The notes under the pieces: model-generated
Told to the model about the DNA's origin: nothing
The model's input: the letters and a program-made list of their open reading frames with translations, nothing else
Databases searched by the model: none
Shown here: piece by piece, positions 37,801-52,100 of the stretch
Position numbering within the stretch: position 1 is the first letter of the stretch
Layout: each line of letters begins with the position of its first letter
Made by a program: the position numbers and the translations under genes
NCBI RefSeq assembly: GCF_009914755.1
Contig: NC_060939.1
DNA length: 64,000 nucleotides
Source: the human T2T-CHM13v2.0 reference genome, Homo sapiens
Reading direction: 5' to 3' (one strand)

Positions 37801-38154
37801 TCCAGGGAAACCAGGATCCCACCCCCTTGATACCAATCCTAATAGAGTGCCAGTCACCGATGCAAATATGGGGCCGAGAAGCATGCTGATAGTCCCTGCC
37901 TTTCCTGCAGAATTAACTCAGCAAAAATTGCTCCTTGTTTTCATTTATAGACAATGCCCACGTCTTGTCTGAGAATATTTTTATATAACCAAGGCTGTTG
38001 CCATCCTATCTTGGAGTTGTTTGTCCTGTTTGGGACATTTTTTTTCAGGTGCTAGAGCATTGATGGTTCTGGACTTCTCTCATAAGCTACTGAGCTCAGG
38101 GTATCCATGGGGAAGGAGTTGAGTCTTTGGGGTCTGAGCCTGTTTCTGAGGGAA

Positions 38155-38290
38155 TATTGTACAGAGGTTAAGAACATGGTTTCTAGAACCAAATGATCTG
38201 AATTCATATCCCAGTCCATCACTCATGGTCTGTGACTTGAATTTTCTCATCTGTAAAATGGGTTAATAGCCACTTCCAAAGATTGACCTG
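38155..38290 (+). mobile_element. MIR
   Basis: GAGGTTAAGAACATGGTTTCTAGAACCA...TTTTCTCATCTGTAAAATGGG. Confidence 0.8.
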
Positions 38291-38295
38291 TAGAG

Positions 38296-38585
38296 CAGCA
38301 CTGCCCAGTAGAAATATTATTTGAACTACATATATAATTTCTCATAGCAACATTTAAAAAGTAAAAAAAAATTAAATAATATTTTAGATAGACCAATAAG
38401 TCCAAAATAAATTAAATATATAATAAATATTAAGACATTATTAATCAAATTTGGGGCTTTTCTATACTAAGTCTTCAAAAACCAGAGAGCAGTTTACACT
38501 TATGGCACAAGTCAATTCAGAGTAGCCACATTTCAAGTGCTTAGTAGCCATGTGAAGGGAGTAGCTACGTATTGAAAACCTCGAA
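38296..38585. mobile_element. hAT-Charlie MITE (MER33/MER3 family)
   Basis: CAGCACTGCCCAGTAGAAATAT...TACTAAGTCTTCAAAA...TAGCCACATTTCAAGTGCTTAGTAGCCATGTG. Confidence 0.85.
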
Positions 38586-39899
38586 TCTCTAGGCCATGAG
38601 AAGCATAGATTTATGAGTAGCCTTGAATTTTTGGAAATAAACTATTTTAAATCTTCCACAGATTTAACTAATCATATATCTCTGAGGTCTAAGGCTGAGA
38701 AGGCAAAGATTTTCCTCTGCCAGAAAAAAAAATCAGAGAAAAAAGAAAAGCATAAAACAAGCACTCTGATGTTTATAATTTCTAAAATTCTAACCATCTC
38801 AATCACAACTATCTGTGTGAGATAATAGGCCAATTATTTTTAGAGCTCTTTAAAGTAATTTAGTAGACAAATATATATGTGGATATACAACTGGGATACA
38901 CAAAAAGTTGGCTTAAGCCACAGATAAATTATTAATCAATAAGGAATGTTAAATTCTGAGACCCAAGTGGACTCATCAGAAGGAACCACCTCCTTACCTC
39001 AGAATGACTCTTGTATTCTCCATCATTAGTAACATTAATAACATTAAAAATAAATACATGTGTCCTAGAACATTAATAATGATAATCTTGTCATCTTTGA
39101 AAATTTCGAGATCCAGTTACTTTGCACAGTAGGATGCAGATATTACACAGAAAATAATTAACTTATTAATTATGTATTTGATAGAGCATTGCCTATCATT
39201 ATTATATTGTCATTGTTGATGTTCTGTTGTTGAATATTGCTTTGCAGCTTTTGCTTTAGAGAGACTTTATGAGAAATAAAATCTTGTGTGATTTTCATAT
39301 TTACTCTATTAAGCAACTTAAGCATTCTGGGACATTAATGCGTGATATAGCAGATGGAAACTATCAGATTTGGCAACAAGGAAATATATTAACCTGGCTT
39401 TGCTGTGGGCCTCCACTCATTAATCTGAAATGTTGCTCATGGAGCATGTGTCCTTGAGTCAAATGGACGCCTGGATGGAAAATATGTGGAACATCCATTT
39501 TAGGCATGCACTCGGTTAAGTTAATCATTGATAAACATTTGCATGAAGGTAGAAGGTACTGAAGACGCAGGTTTCACATATCTCTCTCATATTCACTTAT
39601 TTCTGCCATTACAAATTCCTCTGTCTTCGAAGCTGTTATAACCAAAGGGAAAATCGTAGCAGACAATATCATGGAAGATATGGGTCGGTTCAATAAAGAT
39701 AATATCCTGATATCTAGTTCCCCACTTCTACTCTAGTAAAAGGCAAAGCAGGCTTGTTATGATGTAAAGATTAGACATCAGAAATACTGGAAGGAAGCAG
39801 AGTGACCGTGGTGGTAGGGAAGAAAGTTCAGTCTGTCTCCACCACCAATATCTCCTGTGTCCTGGCGGGGGAAAGAAAGGGTGAAATTTTGTTTTGTTA

Positions 39900-40330
39900 C
39901 TTGCTGTGTTCCCAGAGCCTTAAAAAAATGACAATCATATCAATGGCTTCCAATAAATATTTTCTGAATGAATGAATACATGAATAAATGGGACAATTCT
40001 TGAGGAAAGACTCAAACTCGTGTAGGGGAAAGCACTTGGACTTCAGATTAGAGATGCTCAGGTTTAAATGTCTGTTGTTTTCTACTTGTGCAACAGTACC
40101 CATCACTGTCTTTGAACCTCAGTTTTCTTATCTATACAATGGAAATCATAACTGTCATACAAAGGAAGAGCTCTTTTAAAGTTTCAGTATTTGTAGTTAT
40201 AATCTCATTTAGAAAGTCAACCCATTTAATTATCTGAAGGTACATTACACAATTGGATAATTGGGAAATTTTGGAAGCCGTGTGAGAATTAAAGGAGATA
40301 ACATAACCAAGACTTTGGCACAAGGTGTTT
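39900..40330 (+). mobile_element. L2 3' terminus followed by MIR pieces
   Basis: CAATAAATATTTTCTGAATGAATGAAT; TCTTTGAACCTCAGTTTTCTTATCTATACAATGG. Confidence 0.7.
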
Positions 40331-41234
40331 CTCAAAATTGGTTTTAATTTCCAGGTGTTACAGTTGGAGGAATTTATTTTGTTAATATAATTTTTATGTT
40401 TTCTACATTATAGGTAATCAATATGTGCTCATCAAATAAATATTTATTTCAATCAAGGAAGCCTGGAAATATCTTTTCAAACAAGATAACTGGCAAAAGA
40501 TTCATACATCGGCAGCATTTGATCCTCAAAAAATATTTTCTCTATGTTTAGTCATCTAGGATTTCGTTCATTTTTCTGTTTACCCCTAAGTCTATACCTC
40601 CAATTTTCTTCTTTTTTATATTTGACTATTGTGGAACTTTTTTTTCTTTTAAAAAGAAAAAAAAATCCAGCAAAGTAGTTAAGATTCAAATTAATTTCAC
40701 TTAATTTTCATATCAGATATGTTCATGGAGATGATGTAGTTAGAAATATTTGTAATTATATTTGGGTTTAAATTTTGGGCCCTCTTTTTTTTCTGAATTT
40801 CAAGTACTTGAACATTTTCAATAAACCCTGAAACGATGTTACACAATTTCTGAAAACATAAAGCCTTCTAAAAACAATCAATTCATTTCAACAATTTAGA
40901 CAACTGGTCGTTCTTTGGAAACAAATCTTTGACTCCATTGGCCTGTCTAATGGGTCTCTTTCTAAAATGCCTGTTTAGCAAACGGGAGAGAAATTTACGG
41001 GGAGTTAGGGCTTCTCCTATTCAGTTTCAGTCTCTGTTAAGATAGGCAAAGGCACTGACCTGAGTCTTTTTGTGTGAAATCCCTGAGTCTGAACCAGGGA
41101 CTAAGAGAGCTGGTTTTGATTAACCTATATGGCGAGTCCAATGTAAATGCTATTAAAAACTCATTGAATGGCATAGGAACTGATTACTTACCCAGGGAGT
41201 TCTAAGTAAATCGAAGCAAATTGCCTGAGATTTA

Positions 41235-41350
41235 ATTTAACAAACATTTACTAAGCATCTGCTCTGCTCACAGCACTGTGCTTAGAGTGATGGGAGATGC
41301 AAAGATAAAACAGACGCAGGCTGCCCTCCAGGAGCTCGTGCTCTGATCTG
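41235..41350 (-). mobile_element. L2 3' fragment
   Basis: AACAAACATTTACTAAGCATCTGCT...GCACTGTGCT...GGAGATGCAAAGAT...CTGCCCTCCAGGAGCTC. Confidence 0.75.
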
Positions 41351-41679
41351 TCTGACATCCCCAGGACCAGCATGCATCCTCAGTTGTAGCTTGAGAATAT
41401 TTTACCCCCAGGTCAAAACCTGAGGCCAACTGATCTTGTTTCATGACATACAGCTAGAGAACCGCTGACCTGCTTAGACAACTGTAATAAATGCCAGGGT
41501 GTCAGGTGCTGGAAGGAGCACATGGGAGAGAAAGAGTTACCCCATTCTCACTGGGAGCACCAGGAGGGATTTCGTAGAGGACACAGGCCTTAAAAGAACA
41601 CTGGGTATTCAACAGGCAGATACTAGAAAGGTTTTCCAGGCAAGCGAGGAGTGGCTTGAATGATATTTTGAAAAATAGC

Positions 41680-42219
<540 letters not shown>

Positions 42220-42329
42220 TAGGAAAATTCAAAATGTGTTCAAGTTTCTGCACATATATTGGTAGGTTGGATGATAGCTTCATGGAGGTGTATAAGCCAC
42301 ATGGTTTGCCAAGTAGATAGAAGGTAGAT

Positions 42330-42550
42330 GTGAAGGTATTCTGTATGAAATGGGAACCATGAGAAGTATGTATCATTGGTTGAATATGGATTATAGTAGG
42401 GGAAAATATATTAGGAAGAGGGGGGCAATTATTAATCTCTTGCAATAATCCAGGTGACAGATGGGTAAAGGAACGATACAGACTCACGGCAGTGAGGACA
42501 GAAAAGGTGGACTAGGAAAGAAACTTTGAGAAGACAGAGTGTTAACACTA
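42330..42550 (-). mobile_element. L2 fragment
   Basis: TTGCAATAATCCAGGTGACAGATG...GGCAGTGAGGACAGAAAAGGTGGAC. Confidence 0.6.
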
Positions 42551-44059
42551 ACCTCAGCAAGCTCATCTTGCCCCCACAACATGTTCTTGCACTTGCTCTC
42601 TAGAGGAGAGTAGAACCTGTTGTTGATGCAATGTGTGTGCCAAATCACCAGCTTCATGCTCTGAGGCTCAGGCAAAATGCTCGGCGTAAGACTTGGTCCT
42701 TTGTAGCATAGTCTCAAGCAAGTTCCAGATCACTTCTGTAAACAGCACTGAGCACACACCCCTGCTAATGCCCTGGTCCCAGGGTACCAGTTGACTACTT
42801 GAGAGTCTGACACTTTTTGGGTACTTCTGAGTTACAGCCAGTGGCTTATGGAGAAAAAGGGGGAGAGGAAAAAAGGTTGCATCTAGTCCTTTAAAATTTT
42901 GGATTTTGTGGTGCCTAAAGCTCTAGTTATTCTAAGATTCCAAACTTTTCCAAATCTTGTGCTTAGATCGGTAGCCAATCTGTAGAAATGTAAAGCACAT
43001 TTCTTCCCATGTCATTTATTCAAAGTGTCTTTCCTTAAATGTAAAATAGATTGTCTAATGATAGCACATCCTGTTTTCACTTCGTTTAATCTTAAAAATG
43101 GCAAATAACACTTTTAAGAAATCAAACATGAGAGTATATTTTAACTGCCACCCAGTTGAAGGGAGGTTTTAGGCCTGCATAATTAAGCAGGAGTTCTGCT
43201 ATGATTACTTAAAACAGAAACTTATTTGGATACATTTGAATATTGTTGTCATTCCAGCAAGACTTTACAAAAATATTTTTGAAGCAGTGGCTATTTGAAG
43301 CTACCACTGGGAGAGAAATAGAAAGGCCATGGAGAAGAAACTAGCATTACAGATGCTAGAATCGCAAAGTCTCCCACATGGTTTCATAAAGGCAGAACTG
43401 CTGTCACAGATCCTGAATTATTCAGACCTGTGCTTTGGAGTAACAAGGCTTCAGTATGCCGAAGATGTTGTTTAAGGCTTCTGGGGTCACTGCAGATATT
43501 AAAAATTGGTACCAAGGCTCTAGACTGCTAATCAGACTATGGCAGAAGGACTCAGACACACTGCAGAATTCCTAATAATTCAAATAAGATCTGGTCAATG
43601 GCATTTTTTTTAAAATACAGAATCAACACATCCACATCTAATTAGTGATACATTTGTAGGAAAAATTCTCTAGTGTCTATCTCAAGTTACGGTAAGCCAC
43701 GAGGAAACAGAGCTTTGGTATGCAAGAAAAAGCATTCTAATGGCTAGCCTGATGTAAAGTAACCCCTACAGTGAAGTTATAATTACAATTTTGTCAAGAG
43801 AGTAGGGAAGTCAAAGTTTCACAGGGAAAAAACCTATTTACAGAAAAATATTATGCTTTTCATTTGATAGAAAAGTAATTATTGCAAAGGGACTCCTGGA
43901 AGATCTTGGAGACAGTCACCCCCTCTTTAATAAGTCCTTGTGGCAGCTAAGTGGGGATCAGGAGTATTCTTTATCAGGTTTGCATTCAAGTAGCACTAAA
44001 TCTATGCAGGTAGGAATTAAATAGTATCTGAGTTTAATTAAAATTATAAAAAAGGAGAA

Positions 44060-44340
44060 GAATGGTTGGTAGACTGCTCGACTGCATTTTAACCAGTAAC
44101 CTCAGACCCTAATTAGAAATGCTTTTCATATCTTCTCTGTGCAAGGGCTTAATCTGACGTGAGTCTGTGAGCGAGGGCTTGGGGACCGGTGTTAATTCTG
44201 CATTCGATCTCAGTTTGTATGGAGGCGGGCGGCGCTGATTGACCGCACCGAAGCACAGATCCCATGACCTTGCAGGGATTTTCATGTGAGGTGTTAATTG
44301 AGAGGGTGGGTTAATCTTTGAGCATCATTGTCCCCAAGCT
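44060..44340. promoter_or_regulatory. Candidate developmental enhancer (dense motifs, CpGs retained)
   Basis: GGTGTTAATT twice (44188, 44290), TGATTGAC 44236, TGACCTTG 44265, TCATGTGA 44282, CTAATTAG, TGACGT. Confidence 0.5.
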
Positions 44341-47300
44341 CTGGGCAAAGTTTGTGCTTCGTTTCCTTACTCAACAGTACATTTGATCTCTACCTTGTCC
44401 CTCCATGACAGTTTCATAAGCCCACCACAAACTCTCTCTTGATAAATTTGTTGGGGGAAGATAAGCTCTTGCCCTCTTGTTTGATTTCATGAGCTTGTTT
44501 TTGTGCCCAGCTCAAAAGGGAGAGGAGTGTCTCACCGAATTATATTCAAGTCCTACTTAGAGACAGATAAATGCACATACAGTAAAGATCTCAGCTTCTC
44601 CTTCTTGCTCCTTTTCCTGCTACGGCCCCTCCCTTTCTTTGCGTGGTTCAGTCTCTCAGGGAAAAAAAGACATGACTTATCTGTCGGGAGAGGCAGAGCA
44701 TCAAACACTAGAAGCAAATGGGTGACAAATTTAAAGGAAAGATATCAATGGTATTCCATTTGAGTGCTGTGAAAATGTTATTGTTTATTCCTCTTTTGGG
44801 GAAAGCCTAAAATAATGAGAAAAGCAATGAGATATAGGGGATAGTATTTCTGTAATAAACACACACACATACACACACACTCTGCAGTGTTCATATAGCA
44901 CTTGTGTAATGGGCAAAAAGGCAGCCTATTCCTTTTGCTTTTTAAAAATAAATAATGAATGACTTTTTCATGTGTTATTGTATAGGCCTGTCTTTTCTAT
45001 CGTGAGGAGTAAATTTTTACTGGAGGCAGGATTAATGTATACTGGCTGACCTTAAAAATGACTCCCAAGTGAGCAGGAAGGTAGTTAAAAGAAGCAGAAG
45101 TAATGGTATTCACACAGGAAACACAGAAAACGACAATGATTAAAAAAAAGATTATGAAAGAAGCACAAACGTTAGCTGTCCTTGACATGCAATGCGTTTC
45201 TCCGATGTGTTTCATTACAGCAGCTGTAGATGAGTTTAATTACAATGCTTCAAGACCCTTTTTGGCGCCATTGCTGAAACGCAGAGAGAACTCAGTGGGA
45301 CTGTGGACAGCCACAGCCCCTGCCCGCCTGAGGGGCTGAGGGAAGAGGCGGGGGCTTGTCACACAATGGGTCACTGTGCCCTGCCAGTGGCAGACTTCCT
45401 CTATCGCCTTCTCTGCCTTGGCGAGGCAGGGGTACCGAAAGAGGCAGAGGTGTCAGGCTGCTGGTGCAGAGAAGTTGTCAGTTTCCCTGGACACCACCAG
45501 AATAAGATGCAGCCACTGCTCCAGTGTGAACGAGTGGCCTCCCCACCAGCTCCTGCCTGCACTGTGCCCCCTTTTCCAGCCTGGCTTTTAATTATTTCGA
45601 ATAGTCTATTTAATTAATATGAAACAAAAATTCTGTTATTCGAATTGAGTTTATTTCAAAGATATTGATAAAGTAATATTCCTCCTCATCCTTGTGTTAA
45701 TAAGTTAATGGTTTTAACATTTAAAGACGTCTCATGGTTCTGATAATAAAACTAACCTTTGGCCAACACAGTTACAGAGTCTTTCGCACACACTGACTGA
45801 CTTAATACACTGACATCTAATCACTTGCTGAACGAATCCCTGGATATTCAGATTCCTCCAAATCACACAGTTTTAGTGGCTGGAGAAACAGAAACTATTT
45901 CTAATTTGCCAAACACATCATAAAATTATTTGTGTACTTGTGTTGTGTGAGAAAAGTTATTTATTAAAAACCTGTTGTTTCTTCAAAAGCATTATCCTTT
46001 TCCTGTATTAGATTTTTGACTCCTTTGCAAATGAAGAACTTGGATGTAATATGCATAGATATATGCCTAATTCCAGCCATGGTTAAAAGCAGCAGGCTCA
46101 TTTCAAGACGCTTTTATTTCATCCATTTGTCATGCATTTGCCTTAAAAGAAACCAAAATCCTATAGTTTCATTAGTGTTGCAATCAGCTTCCTTATCTTG
46201 AGGCCTAGGGTCGGGGGTAATGCCACAGGGAAAATCAGTCTTAAAAAAGCAATCTTTTCCATCACTGGCTCTAAGCACAAGAAGGCTGCTATGGCACCCC
46301 AATATCCAATACCTGGTCACGGTTTCTGCTGCTTCATTCTGAGCCCAGATTTCAAATTAAAGTTTGACTTTGGCTTCTCAAAGGAAAAGGTTTCAGGAGC
46401 CGGGTAAACAGCCTCAGCCTGCACCAAGGGGATTAAGAGGTAGGGCCAAGAGTGGAGGGAAATTGAGGATATGACAGAGGCCACAGTGAGTTCAAACAAA
46501 ATTTGGCCTACAGAATGCAGGAAAAATCCCCTGGTGACAGGTGCCATCTTGTGGGTCATTCTGCCACTCTGCCTCCTGCCACTTTTTATAACAAGAACAG
46601 ATAAAGGAGAACTGGATGCTTAGAGTCTTAGAATTGGAAAAGTAATTCAAGAAGATGTGAGTGGAGTTGGCTCTAGGCTTTTCACGATACTGTAAGCATC
46701 AGTATTTTGCTTTCCAGCTTTGAGTGCTATTAAGAAATTTAAACGAGTGTATAGAGGGAGAAAAAAATAAATGTGTAACAAAAAAATGTCTATTTGAAGT
46801 ACAGGATGTAATCATTTCTAAACATCTGAAAATGTTTGCTTCTTGAGAGACATGTACAAAGTAAGTTCTTGCTTGGGCAAGACCCAGACCCCAAAACTAC
46901 TCCAATTAAAATTTGTCAATCTTAAGGAATGTGTTTCTAACATCTGTAAGCATTTTGAGCTCAGGCAGATATTCTGGTCAGCAAATTTCTTCAAGATAAT
47001 TACCTTTGAACTGTCTCCCATGTAATTCACAGGTCCACCAATATAAGATCTTATCCCTTTCTCTTGAATTGGATGGTCTAACAAAGAAAAACAGAAATAC
47101 ACTAAGTAGCTAAGAAGTTGGCACTAACAGTAGAGGTTACGGTTCATTTTTACAAAACTCATGGGGTTTTCACACTTTGCCAGGAGATCACGCTCTTTAA
47201 ACATGCAGGAGGAGACATATTTCTTTGGAAGATGGGGGTGGATGCAGCACTCCAGTGCCAGCCTCAATGTCTATGGTGCAAATGTAAAAATGAACAATTT

Positions 47301-48496
47301 TTCACCATAGACACTGGTCCTGGCACTGGAATGCTTTGTAACAACGTATTTCCCTCCTAAGAAAATTACTTAAAACTAGGACCCCCAGTCTCCATGTTGT
47401 ATCGGTCAATGCAATTTTATAATATATAATACAACGTTGTCTTTACACATTCACATATAATATATCTCATTATTTTATAGACAATTGCATTTGGACTGCA
47501 AATTTCATTGCCAAGTCCTTAAATATCCAGTAGGGTCTATGTTTCTTGTTTCTTGGGTTTCAAAGGATAATTAACTTAATAATGAGCTGCTGTGAGCCTT
47601 TATATTAGCTTAGTTGAGAGCCAAATTGCTAAGTATCTGTGGGGTTGGAATCATAGGTCTAGCCTTCCATTTGGTTAGTTCCAGGCCTTTATCGGATTGA
47701 GGGATACACTGGGACTTACGTGGCAATTCCTGACAATGGGATTATGTTGAATCATTTTATGCTCCTCACCGAAACATTTTGGTACTTTTCTGGAACCCCA
47801 CATTTTCTGCTGTGTGTAATTTTTGAAAGAGAACGTGAGTATTGCCTTCACATTCTTCATGGGAAACTTTTTGACATTTTAAAAAGAGACCACGAGAAGT
47901 TTATTAAAGGGTCATAAAAACAGGTTACTATTGAAGATGGTCCTTTCTTTGCATCTTGGTCTTGCCAGTTTCATCTACCTACCCATGAGAGGAATATTCA
48001 ACAGAGCTAGAGAGACTGCGTGTTCCATTATGAACCAGCTTTGTGATCCCAGCCCAGGGTTTTTATCTGAGCATGAACAATCTGGCTTTGCGGGGCAAGT
48101 GTGTCAGCTCGCCCCCAGAATTTCAGCATCAGGCCGGGGGCCTCTGCTGCTGAGCTAGCCTCCACCCTTTGAACTTCTCCACCTTCCCACCAGTTCCCCC
48201 AAAACAACTCTGCAAAAGACAGGAGTCAGCCCCTGAAAAGCATACCAGGCATTTTAAAACACAACCCTGACATTTCCTCAGCATTTCCATAGCTAGGACT
48301 CTTCCCGCATGCAACCTTCCCCGCTACCCCCCTTCAATCAAATAAGGCACCCGCTCTCTCATGCTACTGCAAAGAAGGAAGAAAAAAAAGTTGGCAATTT
48401 AATTCAAACAAAAGAAGCTTGAAATCTATAAGCACAGCAACTCCGAGGCTTCTGGCAAATAGAATTCTAATTAGTATGCTGCTATTTTTCTTTTAG

Positions 48497-48538
48497 ACAG
48501 ATGAGCGATGCCCCCTATTGACTCTAGCAGGCAGGCTG
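48497..48538 (+). ncRNA. Candidate 42-nt exon
   Basis: CTAAT branch motif ~27 nt upstream; tatttttcttttag| acceptor; CTG|GTAAGG donor followed by G-runs. Confidence 0.22.
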
Positions 48539-51149
48539 GTAAGGGGAAAAAAATAAAATAAAGGGGGGGGGGCGGTGGGGGCTAGCCAGCAAACACTGCA
48601 GATTGCAAATTATATTGCAAACCTTGCCAAGTCCCAGCTCTTGGCATCAGATTTTTAATGACACCCTGGAAAAGGGAAAAAGAAGCCCTCAGCTAAGGGA
48701 TAAAAATGAAGGGTTTTACCCCTGTGATAAGTCTTCTCTTAAAACCCAAATGGCCAAGCGCACATTAGGGTTTTAAAATATTCATAGATAGAAGTGAAAA
48801 TGAGGATATGAGGAAGTACATTTGTTGCTTGGTCAATTGACAACTCATTCTGCATGTTAATACAGAGCGATGATCTAATTTTAAAGAGATAGCCTTTTTT
48901 TTTTTTTTTTTTTTTTTTAAGCATGACTTTTGATTACTCTGAGACTGAGGGCAAAAGATCACAGCGAAGGCTATGATGACACAGACACTACTTTCTTTTG
49001 ATGTAGACCTTGGACTACTTCTTTGGTCAAGAATTCTGGGGGCTCTAAAACTATGCTTCCCTTCTTATGTAATCTCTCTGATGTATCTCCACTGAGGACT
49101 TTGATACCCCCCCCTTTTTTTCCCATCTCTTTTTTCCTTCTATGGTACATGAGGCCCTTCACAGTTGTAGAATCTTACACACAAATAGATCACCACACAC
49201 AGGAAGGCCCTTCCTTTTAATAATTAGGCCACCTTCTGTTCTGGGGAACCTTTTTTGGCATACGTATTCCCATGTTGAAGGTCTGCGAAGCACCAAGGAA
49301 AAGCAAAAAAATTGTTAAAGAGCAAAACATTAGCCTCTATCCAGGCAAAGATAACATCATGGTCTACATAATAAGAATCCCATGAAATTGTTTCTAATTG
49401 AAAACTTTGAATCTATAGTCTAAAACATTCATCCACAGACCAGTTTGCAGCTGTTTCGGGTGGAGGTGGAGGAAGTTACGAATCTATTCTACTTATTTCT
49501 TGGTACAAATTTAAATTGGATTTTGTCTTTTCAGAACAACATCAGAGGTGCAGAAAAAGCATTCTAAAAAATCTACAAACTGTTTTGACTTTTCTAGTTG
49601 AAATATCAGGCTTCTCATGCTTTTGTCCTGAGTGAGCAGAAGGATATATGTTGATCCTGGAGGTAGGGTAAATTTCCAGTGCAAAACAGTGAGAACTCTT
49701 AAAAAGCAAAATGGTAAGATTAAAGGCAAAATGCGGAGCCCTGGTCAACGCAGGACTCCTTACAGTGAAATATGGGAAGTGAAAACAGGTTGCGTATGTC
49801 TGTGGTCATGCCATCCTAGAAGCAGTGCCAGGGTGAATTTACAGAACCAAGTGGAGTGAGCCAACCAAAGAAGCAAAGTTAAATTCCCCCCCACCCCAAA
49901 AAGAATGGAATATTTAAAAATTTATCTTTCAAGAAGAAATTATACCCCAAACTGTAGAGAAAGCTTTTGTCGTTGTAAGAATAGGCAGCATACACTGAGG
50001 GCCTCCTGGATGCCATTAGAATCAAGGGTTTCCTTGGAAAAATATAGAACGAATGACACTAGGTCCCACCATGCAATCTGAACTCTATTTAGGTGAAATA
50101 AATCTATAAGCTATTTAGTTGAAAAAGTGGATTTTTTGTTATATGTAAACTTATTTAAAACGTTCTATTTAAAGCAATCTGTTTTAAGGTCACCAAGGAA
50201 TGGTTCAGAAATATGCACAAAAAAGATAATTCTATTTTTTTTAGTAAACTGCTTGCAAAGCAGTTACTGTCAAAACCTTGTTGTGTGAGATTGTATTAAT
50301 AGTAGGAAGCTTAGAACCAGCATTGTCGGTTGCCGCTGGCACACATGGGCCTGCTTAAGTTTTAGGGAATGCCCTTTAAATGTAGTCCTGAATAATGATC
50401 CACATTATTTGCTTCTTTAGTGACTAAGACATTGTTTTTAAGGACAGTGTTTTATATATTTGGAAGGGGAGAGATGAGAATAGTCAAGCCGTTAGCATAT
50501 GAGACAGACAAAAAGTTTATGAGTTTTAATAAAGGTGGCAAACAGGAGAGTCAAGTGCTGCTTCGAGAGATCTTGCCATTGAAAAAGGGGCAGTGTCCTA
50601 TCAATTATCAAAACTTGCAATTACTCCTGACAGAGCTGCTTTTCAGTGAAAAACTTTCTCCACCTCCCTCCCCTCCCCCCACCAACCTCACATACTGGTT
50701 GAATTTCGTTTGCAGGTGAAAAGAGGTGACAAGCAATTTTAGCACCCAATGGCTTAAAGGAGTTCAAATGACCACTGAAGTCATATTAACTTGTCAAATT
50801 GACCAGTATTTTCTGTCATTGAAACATTAGAATGAATAGCTCCAGACAATAAAATTGTTTCAATTATACTGCATTAGGCTTGGGCACAAGTAAGTAAAGA
50901 TGCAGAAGGCAAAAGGGGAACCCACAGTCCACGTGTTCTTGGATGCTGACAGTAGAATTCTACTGGAAACCATTTAAATGCATACCTGTTAGGAGGATAT
51001 TGGCAGTACTTGTAAATGAATTCCCATTAAGGAAAGTGGACAAATAAGTCTACATTAGTCCAAAAAAAAAAAAAAAGAATGCAACTGTTTATTGTAATAT
51101 TGGCTATGGATATGAACTAGATTAAATGAAATTATCCCAAGTTATTAAA

Positions 51150-51540
51150 GTCACAGTAAATTGGTGCTAATTATACTAATTGAGTATTAATTGAGATTTC
51201 TTTCATAAATAGCAAGGAGGTGAGGTAAAAAGGAGCAATTTTCATAGTCCAAAATGAATACAGTTCTGTTCACCCTTCTGTTTGCACCAGAAGAGGTATT
51301 GATCCTTTGCAATCCCCCCTACTTTGTTTCTCCTAAGAGGGAAGCTGCCTGCAGGAGAGAAGACTGGAGCTGGTATGGATTCCTGCACTGTTGCAGACTG
51401 GTGCAGAGGGGGAAAGCCAATTCAGAGTTTCCTGGTGGGATGGCACGTGGGCGCACATGCATGTGTGTGGGGGGGAGTGTGTGGCATTGCCCAGACTTCG
51501 AGGTTCTGATTGACAGACCACTGGGCCACACTCACCTTCT
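51150..51540. promoter_or_regulatory. Candidate enhancer: homeodomain cluster, E-box and PBX-MEIS/PKNOX decamer
   Basis: TAATT at 51168, 51177, 51188; CACGTG near 51444; TGATTGACAG 51507-51516. Confidence 0.4.
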
Positions 51541-52004
51541 GCCAAGACTGACTCTGCTACTCAAGCAATTCTGAAGGTGCTGGGTTGTTCTCAAGCCAAG
51601 AATTTTAGAGTTGGGCTGCCGGGCACAGGGCAGATAGGAAAATTGAACAGGGTGTGTATTGAGAAAAGTGAGGGGTGGGGAGCAGACTGATATCATCTCT
51701 TCTTTTTAGAGAAAAGATCCATCGTATGTTTGAGGTATTTTTATATCTTTATAATAATGCTTTCTTCCACATCAAGGGAAGATTAAGGCCACTGCCAGAA
51801 AACTATTATCATAAGAAAATATATTCTTATCCTCTACTTAATTTTGTTTCTCTTGAGTTGGAACTATTGCAGATCTTTAGTACCCCCGTGGTCATCCACT
51901 GGCCTATTTTGGTGTGGCCAAAGTTCACAATCCTTAATATTTTAAGTAAATGATTCTCTTCTAATTCTGTTTCATTTCACAAAGCCATTGATTTTGACAA
52001 TGTA

Positions 52005-52100
52005 TATTGCACACCTATTATGTTGATAGCAGTGTGCTGGGAATTGCAAGGGATGGAATGATAAAGAAGACATAGTCTCTGGCTTCAGAGAGTGTACTGT
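52005..52100 (-). mobile_element. L2 3' fragment
   Basis: TATTGCACACCTATTATGT...GCAGTGTGCTGGG...AAGACATAGTCTCTGGCTTCAG. Confidence 0.55.
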
